Source of the DNA: Acidimicrobiia bacterium
GTDB lineage: Bacteria > Actinomycetota > Acidimicrobiia > Acidimicrobiales > JANYDT01
DNA length: 47,182 bases
NCBI GenBank assembly: GCA_043775075.1
Contig: JAYVSS010000230.1
Location: 1 to 47,182, forward strand
Direction of reading: 5' to 3'
Part shown: one piece after another, positions 21,047 through 28,558 of the stretch
Position numbering within the stretch: position 1 is the first letter of the stretch
Layout: the number at the start of each line of letters is the position of its first letter
The notes under the pieces: model-generated
Database searches by the model: none
The model's input: the letters and a program-made list of their open reading frames with translations, nothing else
What the model was told of the DNA's origin: nothing
Position numbers and translations under genes: made by a program

Positions 21047-22511
21047 GTTCTACCGCCGGTGGTTCGAGGTTCATCGGTTCATCCTGGAGGAGTTGGGCGG
21101 GAAACACGCCCGAATCAACGTCGTTGTACGTCCAGTCGTACTTCTTTGCTCCGTAGTTTTGGTCGAGAACAGCAATGCCCTTAACGATGTCGAGCAACGG
21201 TACGATGGCCGAACTCCGCCCCCTCTCGCCGGGCACGACCTCCGGAAGGCGAGCGGGAATCTGGGCGGTGGCGCACAGTTTCACGAGTGAGCCGACGACG
21301 TTTTGCTGTTGGCTGGCGAGACTGCACCGCGCTCCTTTCACCACCGAGGACAAGCGACTGGCGATCTGGCTTTCGACGTTGGACATGGCCGTGCCGGCCA
21401 AGAGTTGACCAAGCATGGCCGTGACGGCGATACCGTCTTCCTTGCACGGCGTGCACTGCCCGCAGGATTCGACCGAGAGAAACCGTGACGCTCCGTAGGC
21501 CAAGGCAAACGTGTCGGCGGCATCGTCAACGCAATGAAATCCCGCCGAACCCAGGGCACTTCCGGCCGCTTTCATCGCTTCATGGGTCAGCGGCGTGTCG
21601 AGTCCATTCGCTTCAAGCAGGACCGACGAGGCACCGGGTAAGGCAGCTATCAAACGACGTCCGAGCCGTGGTCCACCGCCTATATCAGTGATCACCGAGC
21701 GCAACGTGGTGCCCATCGGAAATTCAGCGACGCCATGTCGCTTCACGTCACCGACGATGGTGCAGACGATTGTTCCGGGTGACTCCTTTGTCCCCACTTC
21801 GCGAAACCAGTCGACTCCATGCTGGCCAATAAGCGCCACGTTGGCGAACGTCTCCACGTTGTTCACCAGTGCAGGCGCCCCACCGGACGCTTCGGGAGTG
21901 GCCAGGTGCACGTCCGATGACTCATTGCCGCCCCCTTCGTTTTCTATCAATCCACGCCTCCAGGGAGGAGTGACGCGGGGAAGCGGTTGGCGGTGCTCAG
22001 CCACTTCCAACAGCGCGGTTTCCTCGCCGAAGAGGTACGACGACGGGCCGGCAACGAGCGTGACACGCAACTGATCGAGCCACCCAGCCTTGGTCATTTC
22101 CACGAGCGCTGCTGTGACCCGCTCCCACTCCTGGTGGAAGGACTGTTTGAGGCACACCACGAGTTCGACGGCACCAACCACGGTGCACGCCACCAGAGCG
22201 CCCTCCAAGACGCGGTAGGGATTGTTGCGCAGGATCGTGCGGTCTTTGAACGTGGACGGCTCGCCTTCGGCCCCGTTTATGACTACGGAGGTGGGATTTT
22301 CCAACGAAGCGTGCGTCAGAATGCTCTGCCATTTCGTTGCCGTGGGGAACCCGGCTCCACCGCGACCCCGCAATCCGCTGAGACGCAACTGTTCTACGGT
22401 GACTAAGGGATCGCTGGCGTTGGCCGCAGCCAGGGCCGATCCGCCTCCGGCTGCAAGGTACGCGTGCAAATCAGTGCACGGGCTGGGATCAAGAACCCGG
22501 AAAACGCTCAC
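21039..22511 (-). CDS. Stand-alone NuoF/HoxF-like FMN and [4Fe-4S] NAD(P)H oxidoreductase
   Basis: SGLRGRGGAGFP, EGEPSTFKDR, GEETAL, NNVET and ESCGQCTPC..ARCSL motifs. Confidence 0.88.
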   Translation of the reverse strand: MSVFRVLDPSPCTDLHAYLAAGGGSALAAANASDPLVTVEQLRLSGLRGRGGAGFPTATKWQSILTHASLENPTSVVINGAEGEPSTFKDRTILRNNPYRVLEGALVACTVVGAVELVVCLKQSFHQEWERVTAALVEMTKAGWLDQLRVTLVAGPSSYLFGEETALLEVAEHRQPLPRVTPPWRRGLIENEGGGNESSDVHLATPEASGGAPALVNNVETFANVALIGQHGVDWFREVGTKESPGTIVCTIVGDVKRHGVAEFPMGTTLRSVITDIGGGPRLGRRLIAALPGASSVLLEANGLDTPLTHEAMKAAGSALGSAGFHCVDDAADTFALAYGASRFLSVESCGQCTPCKEDGIAVTAMLGQLLAGTAMSNVESQIASRLSSVVKGARCSLASQQQNVVGSLVKLCATAQIPARLPEVVPGERGRSSAIVPLLDIVKGIAVLDQNYGAKKYDWTYNDVDSGVFPAQLLQDEPMNLEPPAVELT

Positions 22512-22520
22512 TCGTTATTA

Positions 22521-22549
22521 CTACCCGTTTTGACGAAGATCTCAAAACC
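22521..22549 (-). promoter_or_regulatory. SigB/SigF-like promoter overlapping an inverted repeat
   Basis: GTTTT-N17-GGGTAG-N9-GTG; the inverted repeat GTTTTGA-N8-TCAAAAC spans 22527-22548. Confidence 0.5.
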
Positions 22550-22650
22550 TTCTTTGCTGCGGATTTCGACCGATGTGTAGATCGGGCCCACGGTGGGTAG
22601 TGAGACACGGTGCCGGAGCCGGCATCGCATAAACGAACGAAGGAGTAATC

Positions 22651-22845
22651 ATGGGATTCATCGACGAACTCAAAGGACGCGCCAAGGGCGCCATGGGAGT
22701 GTTGACTGACAGCGACAAGCTGCAGCGCGACGGTAAGTCCGACCGAGCTGCCGGAAAGGTCAAGGACGGGATCGACAAGGCCAAGGAGAAGGTCACCGAC
22801 GTCGTCGAGAAGGCCGAAGAGGCGTGGGACTCCAAGAAGAAGTAG
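22651..22845 (+). CDS. csbD: CsbD-family general stress protein
   Basis: DELKGRAKGAMGVLTDSDKLQRDGKSDRAAGKVK; AAGGAG RBS; GTGT-N16-GGGTAG at 22575-22600. Confidence 0.9.
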   Translation: MGFIDELKGRAKGAMGVLTDSDKLQRDGKSDRAAGKVKDGIDKAKEKVTDVVEKAEEAWDSKKK

Positions 22846-22957
22846 TGGCCGTGCTGAGCGGGCCGTGGCCGGAGGCATAGCGCCAACGGCTGCGGCATCC
22901 GCCGGCTTATTAGATCAAATCGATTGGTCGGGGGGATGTTTTCGGTCAGCCTCGGAT

Positions 22958-22983
22958 GTTTCGGGTCTGGGCTTGAGGGGTAC
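22958..22983 (+). promoter_or_regulatory. SigB/SigF-type promoter
   Basis: GTTT-N16-GGGTAC, 8 nt before ATG 22992. Confidence 0.65.
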
Positions 22984-22991
22984 AGAGGGAC

Positions 22992-23288
22992 ATGCTTTCC
23001 TTTCTCCGCCGACCACTCCGCCACATCGTCTTTCTCGCCCTAGAGACAACCCTGGCGAGCTGGGCATATAAAAACCGCAAGTCGTTACTTACCCGCCTCG
23101 GCCGTACTACGCCCGACCAGCCAGACACGTCGCGTCCGCTCGGCGATCGCTTCGTCGGGCCGACCGCTGATCGGGAACCTTCGCCATTCGAGGTGGCGAT
23201 GGCCAACGAAGCTGCACCGATAACGGCCAGCGTGGTCTCCCATGAGGAGATCGCGATATCGCACGTTCGTATCGACACTGCGCCCTAA
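22992..23288 (+). CDS. Hypothetical protein (98 aa)
   Basis: No recognised family; supported only by the promoter motif at the same spacing as for neighbouring genes. Confidence 0.5.
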   Translation: MLSFLRRPLRHIVFLALETTLASWAYKNRKSLLTRLGRTTPDQPDTSRPLGDRFVGPTADREPSPFEVAMANEAAPITASVVSHEEIAISHVRIDTAP

Positions 23289-23627
23289 CAACATCGGGGA
23301 CGGGCGATACGGCTACCCCTGGGGGCATGCGGAAGCCATCCGATACGGCCACACCTTGACCGTGCCTCTCATCGACGCTTCGAGCGCGACGGCGGCTGGA
23401 ACATTGCAGGTGTGGTGCACACTCGCCGAACCGCATCCGTTTGATGTCGAAACGAGTGCGCAAATTGCTCGCCATGGCGCGCTCGAGCGCAAGTGCAACC
23501 GACCCAGAACCAACGTCAACTGAGTATCGACGAGCGGTTGCGACGGTCACAGCCTTCCCGATCACGGTTGGTTCACTGACACGATTATCACGTGCCCCAT
23601 CCCGGCACTCTGAAGCCAAAGCACTTG

Positions 23628-24473
23628 TTAGTGCGCGTGCGGTTCAATCACATGTTGACCAGGCTCAGGAATTTGGCCGTTAGCGATCCAGCGTTGGGTT
23701 GATTCGTACCCCCGGGCGATGAGGTTTTTGGCGCGTGAGAAATCAAGGATGCCGACATCGACGGGACACAGCTGCGGGACGAGAAAGAGTTCGCACTCGT
23801 CATGGTGTCGATCTACGTCGTTCACGATCTGTCGACCGATCAGCACGGACAGACTTTGAAATGCAACTCCGGCGGCACTTCGCGGCTGGTCTGCAAGGGC
23901 ACACGATTGCCCCGCACTCAAGACGTAGATTCGATCAGCTCCCAGGTGAAGCGCGTGAGCTAGCGGCGCATTATTTGTGACACCTCCGTCGACAAGGGTG
24001 CGACCTCCGATTCGGACTGGAGGAAGGATGCCAGGCAATGACGCGCTCGCAAGTACCGCGTCCACGACCGAGCCGGAAGAGAGAAGGACTTCAAGTCCAG
24101 TTGTCAGCTCGGTGGCAACGACGTGTACCGGCACGGCCGCGTTCTCGAGCAGCCCGTAATGAAGATTGGCGCGAAGTACACGGGTCAACGGTTCTGGCGA
24201 GCAAAGGCTCAGCTGGCTTCCAAGTAACCCAAGGACTCCACGGATGGGCCGTGCCCGAAAAAGAACATTGCGGCGGAGAGCCACCCAGATCGCTTCCAAT
24301 TCGTGGGTGCCAGCAACGTCTGGATGGGCGGCGATGAACGCTGCATTGATAGCTCCCGCGGAAGTGCCAACGAGAAAATCGGGCGTGATGTCAGCAGCGA
24401 GAAGAGCTCGCAACATCCCCACCTGAACAGAGCCGAGGTTGGCCCCGCCCGACAGGACAAACGCCGTCTTCAT
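23628..24473 (-). CDS. Patatin-like phospholipase
   Basis: LSGGANLG, GTSAG and DGG motifs; GGAG RBS. Confidence 0.92.
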   Translation of the reverse strand: MKTAFVLSGGANLGSVQVGMLRALLAADITPDFLVGTSAGAINAAFIAAHPDVAGTHELEAIWVALRRNVLFRARPIRGVLGLLGSQLSLCSPEPLTRVLRANLHYGLLENAAVPVHVVATELTTGLEVLLSSGSVVDAVLASASLPGILPPVRIGGRTLVDGGVTNNAPLAHALHLGADRIYVLSAGQSCALADQPRSAAGVAFQSLSVLIGRQIVNDVDRHHDECELFLVPQLCPVDVGILDFSRAKNLIARGYESTQRWIANGQIPEPGQHVIEPHAH

Positions 24474-24679
24474 TGCTCCGCTCCGCTCTCAGCAACAGAC
24501 CTCTGAAATGTAGGAATCATGCCTGTAGTTCAGCGCCCGCGGACAATGCCTGCAAGCACAAAATTTTCGCATGCTCTCAGGAACGACGCTCTGGCTGCCT
24601 CCAGCCATTGCGGACGGCTCTGAGGTTGTTCGGCTCGGACCTGTCGAAGGCAATGAACGTGTCGGCAGACGCGGCGTTG

Positions 24680-26416
24680 CTACGGCAGCGCCAGGATGGT
24701 GACAGTTCCTTCGTGGCCGTTCACTGAGATCGTGGCGCCGGTTGGTATGCGCCGGGTGGCGTCGGCGATCGACGGCACGCACGGAATGCCGAGCTCGCGG
24801 CTGACGATCACCGCGTGCGTACCAACCGCACCAACATTCACGACCACCGCAGACACGGCGAGGAAGAGTGGTGTCCACGACGGGTCGGTGTTTGGAGCGA
24901 TGAGAATGTCGCCGGGTCCGATGTGTTCGAGGTCTTCGACTGAGACGAGCACTTTCGCGACTCCCGTCGCCACTCCGGGCGAACCGGCGACACCCCTAAG
25001 CACATCACCTACGGCGACAGGAACGGCGGCGACGGCTCCCTTACGCGCCCAGGACGAGAGCGGCTCGGCGGCAACGTCGACGATGTAGGGCGGCTCCAAT
25101 TCGTACAAAGCGAGGTAGTCCAGCTCTCGCTCCACCAAGACGGCGCCGAACTGCGCCGGGTTTTCGATGAACGACTCGACCTCTTCATCGGTGAGCATAT
25201 ACATCTGCCGAGCATCAGTGAGGTAGCCGAGATCGACCATACGCCGACCAATTTCGTCGAAGCACATACGAATTTCATGAAGCGCTCGAATGTTGTTGGT
25301 CTTGCAGCGCTCGCGAGCAGCCATGAACACCGCCGCTGAGTTGAGGCCTATGTTCAATCCCCCGAGCGCCTCGGCATTGCCGGCGAACATCGTCTCGAGT
25401 TCGGCCGTGAGCCGAAATCGTTCTGCTGCGACACGGGCCTCACCGACCACCGGATCGGCGGCGTCGTCGTTACCCCGGAGGCGGTCGATGGCCGAGAACA
25501 ACAGTTCCGGGTTCGTCTCGTACGACCGGCTGTACAGGTCCCACTCGTTCGGGCCACGGGCACCGTGCAGGTACTGAAACTCGTCGACCGCCAACACGAA
25601 TGCCCGGACCTCTTCGTCGTCGGTGCTCGCCCGCAGTCGTCCGTTCAGGCCGGACTGCCCATCATCGAACATCGTCGATACCGACGCCGAAGCGCGGGCA
25701 AGGCGCGATAACCTCCAGATGGCAGTGGCAATTTCTGCCGAATCCACGCCGTGAATTCCCGAAAGAAGTTTGGTGACCATAGATGGATCAACGTCGGCCG
25801 TAAGTGCAGCGAGTATTCCCGGCCCCACCGACGCTCCTAGCGATGCAACGACGTGCTGAGCAAACATCGCGACCATGTGTGGCTGGATGGAACGGGCCCG
25901 TCCGATCAGCTGGACGAGGGACTGCGTCGAGAGATCCGGTCGGCTATCGCGCAACGCCTTGGCATCGACCTTCTGGCGATCAATGGCTGGAACCGATGTC
26001 GTGGACATGATCCATCCCATCGTCTTCGTGAGTTTCTCGGTATGGCGAGGAGAGGTGTGCCAGTCCTGCTCGACATAGGCAGGAACGGCGGATGGGTCGT
26101 CGAAGTAGGCGTTGTCAACGGCCTGCCAACCAGCCCCCGACCTCACGCCAAACAGTCGCGACTGGGTGAGGGAATTGTAGAAATAGCCGCCAAAGAGTCC
26201 GAATGTTTCTGGCCTTTCCGCGTCGTATTCGTCGGCATCAAATACCCCCATATTCACGAAACCATCTCGACATCCGAGCACCACGCCGTTTTCCCATCCG
26301 AACGACCAGCCCAGTGGACTCACTGGGTCGGACAACACCTCTCCGGCGTTGCCCCGGGTATAGCCGGGGAACCGGGTCGTAGGGGTGCGGTCGGTGATGT
26401 AGCGGTCGCCAAGCAT
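24680..26416 (-). CDS. PEP-utilising mobile (His-swivel) domain protein without ATP-grasp domain
   Basis: N-terminal YTRGNAGEV..PVSPLGW; C-terminal TDPSWTPLF and GAVGTHAVIVSRELGIPCV; GAGGAG RBS before ATG 26416. Confidence 0.82.
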   Translation of the reverse strand: MLGDRYITDRTPTTRFPGYTRGNAGEVLSDPVSPLGWSFGWENGVVLGCRDGFVNMGVFDADEYDAERPETFGLFGGYFYNSLTQSRLFGVRSGAGWQAVDNAYFDDPSAVPAYVEQDWHTSPRHTEKLTKTMGWIMSTTSVPAIDRQKVDAKALRDSRPDLSTQSLVQLIGRARSIQPHMVAMFAQHVVASLGASVGPGILAALTADVDPSMVTKLLSGIHGVDSAEIATAIWRLSRLARASASVSTMFDDGQSGLNGRLRASTDDEEVRAFVLAVDEFQYLHGARGPNEWDLYSRSYETNPELLFSAIDRLRGNDDAADPVVGEARVAAERFRLTAELETMFAGNAEALGGLNIGLNSAAVFMAARERCKTNNIRALHEIRMCFDEIGRRMVDLGYLTDARQMYMLTDEEVESFIENPAQFGAVLVERELDYLALYELEPPYIVDVAAEPLSSWARKGAVAAVPVAVGDVLRGVAGSPGVATGVAKVLVSVEDLEHIGPGDILIAPNTDPSWTPLFLAVSAVVVNVGAVGTHAVIVSRELGIPCVPSIADATRRIPTGATISVNGHEGTVTILALP

Positions 26417-26516
26417 GCACGGGCTCCTCTGGGTCCAGAACGGACCGGACGTTCCCGGCCGCGTCACAGCACCCTGAAGCTAGCCGGATGATTTTCGCCG
26501 CGCTCGGGCGACACGG

Positions 26517-26600
26517 TCAAGCCTGATTAGCTGACGGCTCGCAGCGGTCCATGACCTCGTCGATCACGCCATAGTCGCATGCCTCCGAAGCGGAGAGCAC
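26517..26600 (-). pseudogene. C-terminal remnant of a ClpP-like gene
   Basis: Translates VLSASEACDYGVIDEVMDRCEPSANQA*, resembling the ClpP end motif (M/L)SAxEAxxYGxIDEV. Confidence 0.55.
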
Positions 26601-26680
26601 TGGCTCCCGATGAACCGGCGCCTTGTCGCCGTGACAAAAGCATGTGAGCCGCGGCTGACTACGTGGCACGGATGAGGCGC

Positions 26681-27733
26681 TCAGTGTTCGTGAATGTGGT
26701 GCTCGTCAGGAGTGTGGTCGTGGTCATGGCGTGTTGTGGCGTGGGTATGGCTGCCAGCGTGGGCGTCGTCATCATCGGACGCCAAGTCTGAGCCGGCGAC
26801 ATGCAGGTGGTGGACGTCGGCGTGGACGTGCCGATGGGCGTGAGCCAGCGCGACGTGCACGTGCTCATGCCGATGTCGTTCGGTCAGGTGGATTGCCAGG
26901 CCAATGGCCATCAGTCCGACAGCAGGCACGAACATGCGTCCTACTGGTTCTCTGAGCCAGACCAGCGCTATCCCCGCACCAAAAAATGGAGCTGCGGCGT
27001 AGTACGCGCCCGTGCGTGCAATACCAAGTACACGTAGTGCTTTGATGTAGAGAACGAGGGACAGGCCGTAGCCAAAGAACCCGAGCACGACGGCCCCGGC
27101 AATGATGCTTGGGCGGGGTAGGTGACCACCGGCGGCGAGGCCGATGCCGAGGTTCGCCGCCCCGGCGAAGACTCCCTTCACTGCGCCAACCTGCCTCGGA
27201 TCACGTAGACCCAACGGGCGCGTGGCGACGTTATCTACGCCCCAGCATGCGCACGCCCCAACAATTGCCAGCGCGCCGGCGGTGATGGCGAAACCACCAC
27301 TCGGATTTATCGAGAGCAACATTCCGCCGGCGACGATGATCATCATCGCAATCACGATGCGGCGGTCGGCGTGCTCCTTCACCACGAGCCACGCGCCAAG
27401 TGCAGTGAAGACCGCTTCGAGATTGAGCAGCAGCGCAGCGGTGGCCGCCGGCGTCGTGCGCAAGCCGATCATCAGGAGCAGGGGACCGAGCATGCCGCCG
27501 AACACGACGGCAAGAAGCAGCGGACCGCGATCGGTCTTCTGCAGCGAAGTTTCGCGATCGCCGGACGGCAGGAGGCGCAGGGTCGCAGCCAACCCGAGCC
27601 CGCTGCCGAGATAGAGAAGTCCGGCGAAGACCTGCGGCGAGGCCCCAGTGCCAAGTCTCTTGGCAAACGGCGTCGAGCATCCAAACACCATCGCCGCCCC
27701 GAACGCATACCCCACCCCGGCCCGAACTCTCAC
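26681..27733 (-). CDS. DMT/EamA-family transporter with His-rich C-terminal tail
   Basis: About 10 hydrophobic segments; LLLNLEAVFT, CWGVDN and LGIARTGAYY motifs; HxHxH-rich tail. GTG 27733 chosen from TAGGTT-N7-GTG. Confidence 0.88.
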   Translation of the reverse strand: MRVRAGVGYAFGAAMVFGCSTPFAKRLGTGASPQVFAGLLYLGSGLGLAATLRLLPSGDRETSLQKTDRGPLLLAVVFGGMLGPLLLMIGLRTTPAATAALLLNLEAVFTALGAWLVVKEHADRRIVIAMMIIVAGGMLLSINPSGGFAITAGALAIVGACACWGVDNVATRPLGLRDPRQVGAVKGVFAGAANLGIGLAAGGHLPRPSIIAGAVVLGFFGYGLSLVLYIKALRVLGIARTGAYYAAAPFFGAGIALVWLREPVGRMFVPAVGLMAIGLAIHLTERHRHEHVHVALAHAHRHVHADVHHLHVAGSDLASDDDDAHAGSHTHATTRHDHDHTPDEHHIHEH

Positions 27734-27880
27734 CGAACCGAACCTAGCGGTCTGCGTTCGAAACAACCAGCGCGCCGACGCTTCGTATCGGTGTTAGTTG
27801 TCGCCAGAATCTCGGCGCACCGACGCCCTGGTTGTATCTGAATCAGATCACTAGCGGTCTGTCTGGGGAACCCCGAGTTG

Positions 27881-28558
27881 TCAGTGGGGCGCGGCGCTGC
27901 CGGTGAGGGTTTCGAACAGTCGCACGATGTCGGGTGCGAGGTCGTAACCGTCGACGACCAGGGGACCGAGGGCGCGTAGACGGTCGGCTGGCAGGTCGTC
28001 AGTTGGCATCGTTCGGTCGCTTGCTGGCCAGGTGAGCGAGGATTGATTGGCCCTGCCGAAGAAGGCCGCGGCGTCAATGGGCGCAGCAGGCCGGCGCAAT
28101 GCGCTGGCCCAGACCGGTGCGACCGTTTCCAAGGCCGCCGACGTTGGCGCCGGCGCAGTGCCGCTGGACCGGGGCGAACTCGTCGTCGTCCTTAACCCGA
28201 GGAACCGGGCAAGGAGTTCGGGGTCGTCGTCGAGCCTCTCGGCCAGTTCGAGGGTGACGGCCACGGCGTGCTTGCACGGATCGCCCCAGTCAGGACACGA
28301 ACAGCGAAACTCCAGTTGGGACGGAGAACCAGGGAGGGCGCCGTCGGCCTTGGAAACGATCTCCACGACGTACGGCGCATGGCGGCTCCCCTGTACGGAT
28401 CCGTTCGCCCGTGAGGGGGAAATAGAAAGCGCAGTTACCATCCCGCGCTCCATGAGCTCGGCACCACGTAGGAACCGGGTCGAATCGCTTCGTTCGCCAA
28501 CGGCCCGACCTAGTGCCATGGTGGCCGGGCCCACACTGGCATTTCGAGGCGACGTCAT
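27881..28558 (-). CDS. SWIM zinc finger protein
   Basis: VQGSRHAPY and CSCPDWGDPCKH motifs; ATGA overlap with the SNF2 gene. Confidence 0.9.
   Translation of the reverse strand: MTSPRNASVGPATMALGRAVGERSDSTRFLRGAELMERGMVTALSISPSRANGSVQGSRHAPYVVEIVSKADGALPGSPSQLEFRCSCPDWGDPCKHAVAVTLELAERLDDDPELLARFLGLRTTTSSPRSSGTAPAPTSAALETVAPVWASALRRPAAPIDAAAFFGRANQSSLTWPASDRTMPTDDLPADRLRALGPLVVDGYDLAPDIVRLFETLTGSAAPH

Noticed and set aside
24680-26416. Rifampin phosphotransferase or PEP synthase
   Set aside because: Too short and lacks the ATP-grasp domain.
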